From contig MU008181.1 in assembly GCA_010909165.1 (NCBI GenBank), positions 434,001 through 498,000 of the forward strand: a stretch of 64,000 nt of DNA, given 5' to 3'. The DNA is from Anthoceros angustus (taxonomy: Eukaryota > Plantae > Anthocerotophyta). The notes under the pieces were generated by a model. The model was given only the letters and a program-made list of their open reading frames with translations, made no database searches and had not been told where the DNA came from. Made by a program: the position numbers and the translations under genes. Shown piece by piece: positions 22,153 through 34,306 of this stretch (positions are counted from its first letter, which is position 1; every line of letters starts with the position of its first letter).

Positions 22153-23058
22153 ATGGCGGGTCGTGGGGCGACGCCGGTGCTGGCGTTGCTCTTCGTTCTT
22201 GCCCTGGCCCTGGTCCCGGTGGGAGTGCAATCCATCTACTGCGATGAGCACAACTGCTACGATCTGCTGGGCATCACCCAGGATGCCACCTTGCAGGAGG
22301 TGAAGCAGGCCTACAGGCGGCTCTCCGTCAAGTACCATCCCGACAAGAATCCCGATCCCGAAGCCAACCAGTTCTTCCTCAAGCTCGTGAATGCGTACGA
22401 GATCCTGCGAGACGAGGACCGGCGGAATGACTACGACTACGCTCTGGAGCATCCGGAGTACTACCTGTGGAACACTGCTCGCTATTACCAGGCCTACTAC
22501 GGACATCAGGCAGATCCCTTGTCAGTGGTGCTGGGCCTGCTTGTGATTCTGTCAGGGTTCCAGTACTTGATCCAGTGGACGCGCCACCTCCAGATGGTGA
22601 ACTTGGTGAAGCAGACCCCCGCCTACAAGAACAAGCTGAAAGCTTTGGAGCTGGAGCGGAACGGAGGGAACACCAACAGGAAGAAGGCTTCCAAGCTGAA
22701 GAGTAGCAAGTTGGATTCCCAGGAGCCCAGCAAGGAGCTGGACCTACAGATCCAGGGGGCGGACAAACCGTGTGTTTGGGGATTGGTGGGGATTCGAGCA
22801 GTGCTTCTGCCCTTTACGCTGTCTAAACTTTTTCTGTGGAGAGTGTGCTGGATCTGGAGGTACTGGGTGAGACGACAACCCTACTCCTGGGAGGATGCTG
22901 CCCTCCTTACCAGACGCAGTCTACGCATCAATTCGACCATTTGGTCTGGTATGGGTGATGTAACCAGGGATAATCTGATTATTAGAAGACTGTGGCTCAA
23001 ACGTAATATGAGCAAGTATGTTGAGGATAGTAGGAAGGAAGCAAGGAGGAGAAGGTAG
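22153..23058 (+). CDS. ER DnaJ (J-domain) membrane protein, ERdj7/C50 (DNAJC25-like), intronless, 301 aa
   Basis: Signal peptide MAGRGATPVLALLFVLALALVPVGVQS, then IYCDEHNCYDLLG, HPD motif (KYHPDKNPD), a TM segment (VVLGLLVILSGFQYL) and a family-type C-terminus (LIIRRLW). One uninterrupted ORF. Confidence 0.9.
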   Translation: MAGRGATPVLALLFVLALALVPVGVQSIYCDEHNCYDLLGITQDATLQEVKQAYRRLSVKYHPDKNPDPEANQFFLKLVNAYEILRDEDRRNDYDYALEHPEYYLWNTARYYQAYYGHQADPLSVVLGLLVILSGFQYLIQWTRHLQMVNLVKQTPAYKNKLKALELERNGGNTNRKKASKLKSSKLDSQEPSKELDLQIQGADKPCVWGLVGIRAVLLPFTLSKLFLWRVCWIWRYWVRRQPYSWEDAALLTRRSLRINSTIWSGMGDVTRDNLIIRRLWLKRNMSKYVEDSRKEARRRR

Positions 23059-23366
23059 GTAGGACTCTTTGCACCTCAAATGAGCATGTGCAAAGACTCT
23101 CAAACTCGTAACGCAAGTGAAGAAAGAGCAAACATAATTTCTTAATCCCAAGTACGGATGGGAAATTCCTCCAGCTATTCTCAACAGAAAACAATTGTTG
23201 GTTTGAAAAAAAATTAGTTTCTACACCCCGCTTGGTGGCAGACCAGGTAGCTGCCTGTTCCAGTCCATGTAACTATTCACATCGTTGTCCTCAACCGCTA
23301 ACTAGCCACCTAATCCCTACAAGCGTCTTAGCTGTCTACAACCCTCTGCCTCGCGAAAACTCCTGT

Positions 23367-26272
23367 CTACAATCCTCTGCCTCGCAGGCCATTCCCTGGT
23401 TTCCCATCTTGAGCTCTCCAGCTGTCCATATTCTCAAAGCTATCTTGATCGGCCATTTCGTCATCCTCGTCGAGGTCAGATATCTTAACCTTCTTGTAGA
23501 CGTGGTTATCCTCGTCCTTAGGCCGAGAAGGCACAGGAATGAGAAGCTCATTCAACTTCCCTGTTTTCGCGTCAATCATGCCACCCCTCTCCACGCGGTA
23601 TGACAGCAGCTTCTGCAATGGATTGCCATCGATGATGACGGTCGAGTTTTCGTCGATCTCACCATTTACCAACATCCGGGACAACTGTGTCACCACCTTT
23701 TTCTCCAACCAACGGCGGAGAGGCCGAGCACCGTAAACCGGGTCATATGCCTCTTCCAGCACAAGGTCAATCGCTGGATCTGTCACTGCAAGAGCAATGC
23801 CCCTGTCGGCAAGCCTCCTGGCTATGTCCTTGAGTTGCAACCGTGCAATCTTTCGGAGCTGCTCTCGAGACAATGGTTTGAAGACAACGATGTCGTCAAG
23901 TCTGTTCAGAAATTCTGGTTTGAAGTGAAACTTGACCTGCAAGAGGCGGACATGGATGTTAGAACACACGAACCCACAGATTTTTCCATGGCAGAAAGAC
24001 CGACAGTTTTGGTTTCAATATATACCGCGTCCAGAACTCTGGCCTTAGCCTGCTCCAGGGATATCTCCCCTGACAAGCCAGCAAGGAGGTGCTCGGCACC
24101 GAGGTTCGAAGTAAGAATGACAATTGTGTTAGTGAAGTCCACTGTCCTTCCATGTCCATCAGTCAGCCTTCCATCATCCAGGATCTGCAAGAGAATGTTG
24201 AAAACCGAGGAGTGGGCCTTCTCCACCTCGTCAAAAAGAACCACACTGTAGGGCTTTCTTCGAACTGCTTCCGTCAACTGGCCCCCCTCATCATACCCCA
24301 CATACCCTGGAGGTGCACCCACCAACCTAGCAACAGCATGCTGCTCCTGAAACTCCGACATGTCAATACGGATCAGCTGCTTCTCATCATCGAAGAGCTG
24401 CTCTGCCAAGGCCTTGGCAAGTTCAGTTTTCCCGACACCAGTGGGTCCAAGGAAGAGGAAGGAACCCATAGGCTGCTGCGGTCTACCAAGCCCGGCCCTG
24501 GACCTGAGGATAGCATCAGCCACAGCCTCCACAGCCTCGTCCTGCCCCACAACACGCTCGTGCAGCCGCTGCGCCAAGCCCATGAGCTTCTCCTTCTCAT
24601 CTTCACCGAGTCTGGTGACAGGAATTCCAGTCCATCGACTGACAACCTCGGCAATATGCTCTGGACGGACAGTCTCAGTCAACATGGAGTTTTCTCCAAG
24701 CTCCTCCTCAAGACGCGAAATGGTGTTCTCAATCTCCTGCAGAGCACCGTACTTCAAGTCCGCCACTCTGGCGAGATCCATCCGCCTCTCCGCCTCCTGG
24801 ATGCTGCGCGAAGTCTCCTCTCTTTTCTGCTTCAGACGCCTCAACTCATCAAGCCTCTTCTTCTCCCTCTGATACCTCATAGCCAGTGGCTGCAGCTTCT
24901 CCTTCAAGTTCTCCAGCTCCTTCTTCACCTCAGCCAGCCGAGCCTTGCTAGCCTTGTCAGTCTCCTTCTCTAGAGCATGCAGCTCCACCTCGAGCTGAAT
25001 CCTCCGCCGCTCCAACTGGTCAATAACCTCGGGCTGACTGTCCAGCTGCACCCGCACATTCGCACAAGCCTCGTCCACCAAATCAATCGCCTTGTCCGGC
25101 AGAAACCTCCCGGTAATGTACCTCGCCGAAAGCTGAGAAGCAACCACCAAAGCCCGGTCCAAAATGCGCACACCATGGTGCGTCTCATACTTCTCCTTCA
25201 ACCCTCTCAAAATGGTGACGGTGTCCTCCGGGCTCGGCTCCTTCACAAGAACCTGCTGGAACCTCCTCTCGAAAGCCGCATCCTTCTCCACATACTTCCT
25301 ATACTCCTCCAACGTGGTGGCTCCGATGCACCGCAACTGCCCTCGGGCCAGCATAGGCTTGAACAAATTGGCAGCATCCATGGACCCCTCGGTCCTCCCA
25401 GCCCCAAGCACAAGATGCACTTCATCGATGAAGAGAATCACCTTCCCCGCCGCCTCCTCCACCTCCTTCAGCACGGCCTTGAGCCGCTCCTCAAACTCCC
25501 CACGGTACTTAGCCCCGGCAATCAGCGCTCCCATGTCCAACGCAACCACCCGAACATCCACCAAATTGCTCGGCACATCCCCTCGCACAATCCGCTGCGC
25601 CAGCCCCTCCACCACCGCCGTCTTCCCGACCCCAGGCTCCCCGATCAGCACCGGGTTATTCTTCGTCCGCCGCGACAGAATCCGCACCACTCTCCGGATC
25701 TCCTCATCCCTCCCGATAACAGGATCCAACTTCGACGCGTCCTCCACCAGGTCTCTCCCGTACTTCTTCAAGGCCTGGTAATTCGTGTCCCCCGTCGCTC
25801 CCTCCACCTTCTTGTTATCTCCCCGGATGCTCTCCAAGGCCCGCTTGAGCGCGGCCATGGACACTCCAGCCTCCCGAAACAACTCCTGCACCTGAGAATC
25901 CTCCAGCAGCCCCAGGAGGAGCTGATCCACAGCCAGGTGCGTGTCCCCCCTCTTCTTCTGCAAACTCTGCCCCTTCCGGATGGCCTTCACCAGGGCGCTG
26001 TTGGCAGGAACCTCGTCCGGCGGAGGCATTTGCGAGGGCAGCTTCTTCACGGCCCTATCCACCACCCTCTCCGCCGAGGCCACAGCCTCATCCGTGCCAG
26101 CTGTGGTAAGGGCCTGCCGGAGCAGGCCCTCCTTGTCCTCCAGAAAGGCCTGAATCAGATGCAAGGGAGTGTACTGCGCATGGCCCGCATTGAGGGCCAG
26201 TTCGTGGCCCGCTGCCAGGGCCTCATTCGTCTTGTTGGTGAAGTTCGCCGGATTCATGCTTCCTCCGCTCAT
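23367..26272 (-). CDS. HSP101: Cytosolic ClpB/HSP101 disaggregase; a single intron at 23937-24025
   Basis: [15 protein letters not shown]-terminus (ATG 26257, or 26272). NBD1 Walker A GEPGVGKT, Walker B ILFIDEVH, coiled-coil M domain, NBD2 GPTGVGKT and [11 protein letters not shown]. An 89-bp GT-AG intron joins VLDA|[14 protein letters not shown]. Confidence 0.96.
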
Positions 26273-26483
26273 GGCCGCAACACCAGCAAATCTTCGGCTT
26301 CCTCCCAAACCTTGGCCTCTTCTTCTGCTCCTTCTCCTCCTCCTCTTCTTCCTCCGCTGCGAGTCGTGAGCCGCCTTCCCAAATCGCGAATTCTTGCGTA
26401 TTCTTGGCTCTCCCACACAACACGGGATGAATCGCTGCAAGTGATCGACACAAGATCTGCTAAGCAGACTGCGTGAGCCCCCA

Positions 26484-26545
26484 TTATATCGACGCAGAAA
26501 GGGCCCAGACCCTCCCGGAGACACACTTCCAGAAGACTGGAGAAG
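26484..26545 (-). promoter_or_regulatory. Putative HSP101 core promoter: TATA-like box with a gap-type heat-shock element
   Basis: cTTCc-aGAAg-actgg-aGAAg at 26526-26545 fits nTTCnnGAAn(5)nGAAn. It lies about 40 bp upstream (minus sense) of a TATAAT-like motif near 26484-26489. A second TTCcgGAA is at 26699-26706. Confidence 0.6.
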
Positions 26546-27417
26546 CGTCAATAGTAGGATCGGGATCCTACTAGACACACTCTTTGCCAATTGGCACGAT
26601 CAAGACCGTACTGTCACTTCCGCGTTTGGCAACCAGTTCACAAACCCTGGTTTATTTAACCAGGGTTGAGGATGGATTTTGCACGAAAATCTGGGGTTTT
26701 CCGGAACCCAACTGTTTCTAATGTGTACATGTCTGTCGATTGTCGATATCTGTCTGCTGTCATGTCTCTGTCTTCTTCTTCTATCGATCTTACGGATTGA
26801 AAACGTCAGAAACTCATCAGCTGCTACCTTCTTGCAATTTCATCGGTCACTTTCCTTTTTGTGTGTTGAGTGTATTTCAAGGCACTCAATTCGTCGTCGT
26901 TTCCATCCTTGCAAGTTCAGCGGTCATTATTTGAATGTGCTTCCAGGTGTTCAATTCTTCATCGTTTCCCCACTCAGTTCTTCATCGTCTCCACCTCCCA
27001 TTTCTTCATCGCCCCGTCGCTCCCTATCCATCCACCGAGTTCATCCGGCATCTTCCGGCCTCACAGCATCAAGTCATTCTTAAGATGATGGGAGGGAATC
27101 GGGGGTTTGGACGTTTGAACGGGACAGCCTTCCTGAACGGGAGAGACTTCCTGGACGGGAAAGACTTTCCTCGACAGTTAAACAGATCGGCTCATGGAAA
27201 TCTGCTAAACTGGTCCACTTACAAGCGCTCGCGCCCGGGTGAGGGCAAGGGCGAGGGGAGGAAGACAAGATTTGCGTGCACATTTTTGAGCAGAGGGAGG
27301 AAGGCAGCGGAGGTCTTAGTGGGAGTGGAAGACTAACTTTTGCTCAACAGCGGGGGCTTAGGCGCCCAAGCAGAACAGGTTCAAAATGCAAGATTTGAAG
27401 ATTACACCTACAGTAAT

Positions 27418-29944
27418 CTACGCTACTTCGAATTCCATCCGCAAACTGCTTTCCAAAATTCTTCTATCAATAGCAGCATCTACTGTGTTCATCTGAAATA
27501 GACGCAGGCCATGGTTCAGAAACACGTCCAGCTGCAGATGGAGGATTGTCAGGTGGCGACCATTTTAGATCAAATCCTTTAGTTTACCTGCACTTCATCC
27601 TCCTGGACTTGGTTTTGGGGTAATGCTGCCCGTCTTTCTTCCTGTGAAGCAAGAGTGAAACGGGTGAGTGAGGACGCCGATTCATAAAGCAAGAGACACT
27701 GGATTTGCATGAAGCATGCGAGCATGGAGAGCGTAGATACCATGGACATAAGCTCGTCATCCCAAACCAAATACACTTCAGTCACTGTCCCTGGTGGGAC
27801 GGGTGGCTTGTTTGATATCACTGGAGGTGGTCCAATGGATGGACCACCAGTGTTCGGTCCCGACGCATACATGTGGCTGATGGGGGGCGGTATGAGAGGA
27901 ATTCCTGTTACCGTTTCCGTCAGTCCTCCGCATTACTAAGTCACAGTGACCAGAAGGCAACTTGCAGTAACGGCTGGGATGTATACTTACCTCCATACAG
28001 ATGGGGAGGTGGCACAGGTGGCCTTGCGGATGACATGGGCGAAGAAGCTGTTAAGTTGCTCACCAGACTCTGTCCTTCGTCTCCAGGCGGCCTCGGTGCC
28101 AATGGGCTTGATGTCAAACCAGGGGGTGGAGGCAAAGTGGGCGACAAGTGACCACTCGGAATTCCATTAGCAGGAGCTCCAAGAGGAAACAAGGGCTGAG
28201 CAGAAGGTGGAGGAGGAGACGAGGATGAAGGCGGTCGGATGGGAAAAAGGGGTTGTGACAAGCCAGGTACTCCAGGACTTGGATTGGCTGGAGAAGGTCG
28301 CACATTTTGGATGGGAAACAGAGGCTGGGGTGGTTGGGGAGGTCGGGAGGGCATCAAATTTTGTCCTGACATAGGCATAGATGACCAAGGCTGGTTCATA
28401 GGGGGCTGTTGTGGCCAAGATGGTGGTCGAGGTGCACCAGGAGGAGGAGGAACATACCTGGAAGAGCACAGCAAATCGGAAAATTAGCAAGAGTTAGGAA
28501 TCTTGACCGTAGTCATACACACAGAGCGACTACTACTTGGCTAACCTTCATACAGAACCCAGCAAGCCAACACGAGCAGTTCCCAATCCCTTTCATATCC
28601 AGCACTTATCTGATCTATCAGGCTTGCTGTCAAGGCCCCCTAGATCGAACACAACGTGGGCATGTCTGGACAACATGTCTGAACAGCTACATGAATCATG
28701 GTTTCCCATCACATCACTAAGCTCAAGAAGCAAAAGATTTCCCTACACCAAAAGAAATGTCCTACGCACCTTGATGGAAATCATGCATCCAACACCTGGC
28801 ACACAGAAAGGCACCAAGTGTAAGGTAGGGAAGAGATACTTACACAGGCGGAATTGCAGTATACAGCGGTTGGGGGGCCATACCCAGTGCGGACGATCCC
28901 ATAACTATTCCTCCATATGCAGAAGGTGTGGGGATCTCCACCCTCACAACCTTCGATGGCCTTTCTTCTTCTGTGTAAGACGAAGCTCCCATAAAAAGTT
29001 ATTATTGAACTTTTGAAATAAAAGCATGATACACTCAAACCCTACATGCTTGGACATGCAATAGTTACCAGGAATCACAAAGGAGATACACTTCTGACCT
29101 TAAACACCATACGTGTTCCTTAAGATGACCCTTGACGAATCAACTTTACCACGAGCATCAAATGTACTGATCCCTTTCCAATTCACCAGGTCACACAAGT
29201 TTCCCAATCAACAAAACAGAGAAAATCCCATGGCCACCACCATGCGAGCACAGGCACAGCTACAGGACAACCAAGAAGACCAGACTCTGCCAAAAACAGA
29301 CGGATCACACAAACAAGTTGCACGGCAGCGAAGCCGCCATTTTCTCAGCACCCTAGCTCTTAAACAGAGGAATCACCGTGGAGAGTTCCACGGAGAGAGT
29401 AGGAAACCATTCAAACACTTGCAAATATGGGCATCAGTCTTCACAAACATGAGCACCAATCTCAATACACCAGGTTTAAGGCAGAGGTGAATACCGTCCA
29501 CAAGCTCACTTCCATCGTGCGCGGCTAAAACTTCCGGGGGAATGCCCTCCATTCCAAAAATCTCCAGCTCAGTAGACTCTCTGTCAGGCTTCGCGTTTGG
29601 GACTCTGCACGCATAAGCTCGATTGAGATAAGCATCGTCCAAGAATGGCAACATCCACCCAAACAGTGATGCTCTAGCAGTGCACTCGTGCAGAAAAGCT
29701 CAATTATCAGCCCTTCCAACGGTCAAGCCGCTCGCAAGATCTCCCGAACCTACTTCGTGATAGACTCCTTATGCACTTGGAGAACGTGCACCACCATTCC
29801 TCCAGCCGTGGATAGCTTCTTGTGGCACACATGGCACTTGAAGTGTTTGGCCTTCTGGTGCTGAATAAGAATCTTCTCATCCTCAAACTCTCGCTCGCAG
29901 TAGAAGCACCAAACCTTGAAGGTCTTCTTCTTTTTCTTCCCCAT
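27418..29944 (-). CDS. SUF4: SUPPRESSOR OF FRI 4 / ZNF207-type C2H2 zinc-finger protein, multi-exon
   Basis: [50 protein letters not shown]; [22 protein letters not shown]; Pro-rich middle; [13 protein letters not shown]|EERRAALP; last exon 27492-27418 [15 protein letters not shown]. Confidence 0.93.
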
Positions 29945-31410
29945 GGCTATGCCCTCAAGATAAGATACAAATCAAAACCTAGAAAGACAGCTTGCTAGGA
30001 TCCCTTGCAATTCCTCCCCCGACACCTTTCCACACGCAAACGATTGGGAGCACTGCCCGGACTCTCAGGTGCCGTCCCACTCTTCCTCCCGCTGAGCTTT
30101 AGAAAAATTAGGGCAGCCAGCTATGGTCGGGTCCGTGTCCAAGGCTACCACCTAATACATATGTAGGTCAGTTGCACTAGGTACTTATATAGTCTACTTC
30201 GAATAAACTCGATACAGAGGATTTTCTTTTAAGCCGGACGACTTATCCATGAAACGGGGATCAACACTAGGTACCAGGTGTCCTCAACTATACGTAAATA
30301 TCGGTCGGGCTTCGAGCTCCCAACTGTCCTTCCTTCCTGCCGTCCATCCTTCCTCCCTTCTTTCCATTTGTTCTCCTTTCAATTCTCTAACGTACCATGT
30401 TCCCTGACCGATTCCTGCTGGACACAGTGCGCCGGTGCCTCTAAGGGCCGCTGCCTCTCGAGCCCACGATCTGCGCAGGAGAGACACGGGTGCCGGGAGA
30501 GATTGCAGGCCTGCAGTCGTAGCCAGGTTGCAAATCGAGCAGAAGCTCTGGTATTATCAGTAGCCCTCCAGTACCAGGACCTCACACAAGCCTTTTCCAA
30601 GAACCTTCAGTATTCTCAACAGCCCTCAAGTACCAGGAACTCACACACAAGCATTCTCCAGTTCCTTACATCACAGCCGCACGAGTTCCTAAGAAGTTGA
30701 GCACCATTTTACTTTTTCAGGCTATGACTCCACGGCTGCAAAGCCCCGGGCCATGCCGACTCTGCACTTCAGGATTGCGCGCTGAAGCAGCAGAGAGAAG
30801 TTGCCGGAAAGTGCAGGGGATACTTTGTTTGCAAACATTCAAAGATATCTAACATTAGGCTGTCCCATGGTTGATAGCCGCTCTCGATATCCCTTGGTGC
30901 AAAGATGTTTTTGCTTGGGTGTGTGATGGCTTAGCATTTAGAAAGTGGTTGTAGTGAATGTGTGTTCATGTGATCCGGTGAGTTCGTCGTTCAGATTTTC
31001 AGAGGAATTTGATAACCGAGCCTGAGAACACGCAATGTGCATTGTGGAATGTGCAATATGCACTGTCGAAATGAGGAATTCGGACACGATCATTTCTATC
31101 TCCAAAATTGAGCTTGAAGAGAAGTACTGCAGGTCCGCAGCCAAAGCCAAAATCGACTGTCGGCCACCGTTCCTGCCGTGAACCGCAGCTCAGAAACAAA
31201 TCGATGCCTATTTTTGATCTCCCAATGGGTGGCCAAGGTGTCCTCTGTGAATTCCACCATTGTGCGATATCAATTCAGGGTGTGCCATCACAGCATATGC
31301 CCCACCAAAAACCCTATCGTGCAACAAAAAGAGGCTTCTCAGTCGTCGAGTCCGCTACCAGAGCACCTGTTCCCATCGCGACAAGAGCACGAGCGCATAT
31401 TCCCTTTGCG

Positions 31411-32213
31411 ATGGGGTTCCTCGCCCTAGTCTTGGTGTTGGCATTGGGAGCTGTACTTCCTGGAACATCAGCAACTGCATCGTGGAGCCTTTGTGGTTGG
31501 TTTCTCCTTCCTCTGTGTTTCGGATTTCGCAGGGGTTTGTCGGGCCTCTCACTTTATGGTTGCAGTGCAGACTCGAGAGCATATCCTGTCACCGTGCAGG
31601 GTGTGACTGTGAATCCAGACCCTGTGGTGAGCGGAAATGTCGCTGAGTTCCTAATTCCTGCGACCACTGGTATGTGTGTCTTCCACTGCAGGTTTGGCAC
31701 AATCTTCCGTCATTTCCGAAGGGGCTGGGGTTTCACGCTTCGTGTCGGCGTGGTTTGTGTGCAGATCAGGAGATCACGGGCGGGACAGTATCGATCACCG
31801 TGTACTTCCACAACATCCCTGTGCACAGCGAAAAGGACGACTTGTGCTCCAAGACGCCGTGCCCTATCCAGCCTGGTGAATTCACATTGAGCAATTCTGA
31901 AATCCTTCCGAAGATCACTCCCCCGGTATGTTTCTCTGTCCCTTTTCCCTTTGGCTTGCTGCCCTGAGATTCCTGTCCTGAGGGGATGCCTTGTCTGACA
32001 AAGGGTGCTTTGTGTTGCCAACCGTGGCAGGGCTCGTACAAAATCAAGCTGCAAATTCTGGATGGCTCCGCAAACTTGCTGGCGTGCACGTATGTGAACT
32101 TTGAGATCACTTGGGCCTGGTCCTCTGAACTAGACTCCAAGACTGCCGGGGTCCCATCCATCCTGCAGCACAAGGCGGGTGAGCAGCCTGCTCTCCGGCT
32201 CGCTAGCAAGTAA
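31411..32213 (+). CDS. MD-2-related lipid-recognition (ML/NPC2-like) secreted protein, 4 exons
   Basis: Signal peptide MGFLALVLVLALGAVLPG; WSLC; VTVQGVTVNPDPVVSG; ITGGTVSITVYF; DDLCSKTPCPIQPGEF; ITPP|GSYKIKLQILDG...LACTYVNFEI. Confidence 0.9.
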
Positions 32214-32758
32214 ACAGTGCCGGTGAGCTATCCTGTACATAATATGTACATACATAATAGGTCTTGGGCTCTACTTGCCTATAGAACAAGGACCTCATTT
32301 TGGTTGATCCTATTCTTCGAGTTTATTGGTGCATTCATAAAAGGGTAGGTCGCGGCACCAACTGCTCGCCTTTCGCATACGCTTGTGGCATTTCTTTGCT
32401 ATCTCAAGAACTTCCAGCACTTGCTCATGTTTAACGCTTGGAAAATCATATAAAAAAACATTGGCCGCATTTGAGATAGTCCAAGGCGACTTCCATGAAT
32501 CTTAAAATCAGGGCGCTATGAATAACACGCTTTGTGCTTGTCAAATTAGCTATGCACTCCTTAGATCTAGGCTTACATCTCCTGCCCATAACACACTAAG
32601 CATTTAGAAGAAAACCCTTAGATCTTGGCATAAGACTTTTGCTCGGAACACCCGTTTCATTTATCACTCCAACTCCAGCTTTAAGGTAGATTTCAACCTC
32701 GTATTGAGTAAGGATACACTCTGGAATAATCAGTAATGAGGATTAAATGACATAGCAT

Positions 32759-34306
32759 TGAAGCTCACCTGAGTTACAGTGATACAAACAACAGGAACTC
32801 AAAAACCAAAAACTTATGATATAAAGAATGAACAGCATAGACACTCAGCAACATATATTCTAAAAACGGACTCAGAGACCTTAGTCCTAAATGCCTTTAT
32901 ATAAAGGAGCGAGCAATCCTAATTAGAAATCTAGTATAATATATAAGCTTATGGAACACTGTATCTTAGCATAATACGATATATATCTACAGTCAAACCC
33001 CTCTAATTGGGACCCCTATAAATGGGAACCCCCTTTAAATGGGACGCCTGGGCTTACTCCCTTGAATGTGCTACATGCTAAATGGGAAACCCCTCTAATT
33101 TGTAAATGGGAACATGTCTCCCAAACATTCAATGCAAGTACACCTCTGTAAAAGGGAAAATACATATTTAAAAAAAATAAAAAAAATTGAGGAAATCGTC
33201 TTATCGAGATTAAACCATGAGTTATTGAGATTATGTCAAGTTAAAGGCTATCGAGATTATATCATAAAACATAGACAATCATCGAGATTGGGCCTATATC
33301 TGTAGTAGTTCTGTACACTATGTTTTGTGATCAGAAGCATTGTTCCTAGTACATAAGTTGTTTCATTTGTAAAAGTTGTCTTATGGTGTTGTAAGTTGTC
33401 TTATGGTGTTAAAGGCCAAAGAATAGCCAAAGAACAGCAGAAGGCTTGTGCAGAGAGAAGGCCAAAGAATAACCGAAGAACGGCCGCCGCGCAAGCATTC
33501 TACCCTAACAAAGCAACAAAAGAAAGAGGTTTGTGAATATTATGTCCAACACTCTTGCACACTTAAGGAGTTGACTAGATGGACAACAGAAGTTTTCAAT
33601 AGCGACTTCTAAAAGTGCATTGTCTAGGATTGTGAATGACAAAGACAAATGGTTGGACCACCATTCGATGTTGGATATCCAACGATGACCAAGAGTATTT
33701 GAACTTTGAGGAGGATGAAGGATTGAGACTACGATATTCCTACAGAGGACGAAATATGGCAAGCATTAATCCCTCCGCACAATGAGCGGTGAGGAGAATG
33801 ATACGTCGTGGAGACCATAGCGCCAAGACCGCGTCGACAAAGGATGTCAGATAATGCTATGAGGATAGTGAAGATGTTTTGGAAGAGATGCCACATAACA
33901 CTCTTGATGCTTTGAAGTTGCATTCTCGCTTGGAAAAACATATTGCTAGTCATTGGATGAAAGCAACTCAGCATCAATCAAGGATTGATGATTATTTTAA
34001 CCCGGCAAACTAGAATTAGGTTGACAGCTATGTAGTATGAGGGAGCATTTTGGATTTTTTTTGGATTGTTTTGGATTTTTTGGAAGCTTTTAAGCTCTTT
34101 CGAATTTTTGATTTAAAGATTTTTTTAAATATTTTTATTTTCAAAAAAAGATGAAAATGCCTAATCGGGAACCCCTCTAAATGGGACGATTTTTGCTACT
34201 CCCAATTGTTCCCAATTAGAGGGGTCTGACTGTATATGGATCTTATCTACGTATCTATATCACATATCTTAGAATATTACTTACTTGTAAAATCCTCCCC
34301 CTTATT
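32759..34306 (-). mobile_element. Probable Copia-like 3' LTR (about 290 bp net) with adjacent polypurine tract, interrupted by a MITE
   Basis: Minus-strand AATAAGGGGGAGGA (34293-34306) directly precedes an AT-rich segment with a tttatataaagg TATA, ending ...gagcttCA at 32759. The two halves flank the TA target of the MITE. Confidence 0.45.
32990..34232. mobile_element. Non-autonomous Tc1/mariner-superfamily (pogo-like) element / MITE, 1243 bp
   Basis: Terminal inverted repeats cagtca(a/g)acccctctaattggga (23 bp, 1 mismatch), TA duplication on both sides (32988-32989, 34233-34234), subterminal aacccctctaaatggga repeats, no intact transposase. Confidence 0.88.

Noticed and set aside
24977-26476. 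499-aa plus-strand ORF
   Set aside because: Antisense shadow of the GC3-rich HSP101 coding sequence; no recognisable motif.
26273-26590. N-terminal extension of the 894-aa ORF as a transit peptide for organellar ClpB
   Set aside because: Homology starts at MNPANFT (cytosolic HSP101 type). The extension overlaps the putative TATA/HSE and a GAA/GAG-rich 5' UTR.
26680-27340. Coding-like stretch between HSP101 and SUF4
   Set aside because: Short broken frames with no assignable family.
30278-30900. Possible small gene between SUF4 and the ML gene
   Set aside because: No consistent spliced ORF or known motif could be assembled.
30920-31027. Possible box C/D snoRNA (GTGATG...CTGA with short terminal stem)
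   Set aside because: Box C is imperfect and I could not identify an rRNA/snRNA guide complement by eye.
33505-33977. DDE transposase fragments inside the MITE
   Set aside because: The candidate motifs are weak and in the wrong order for a pogo DDE domain.
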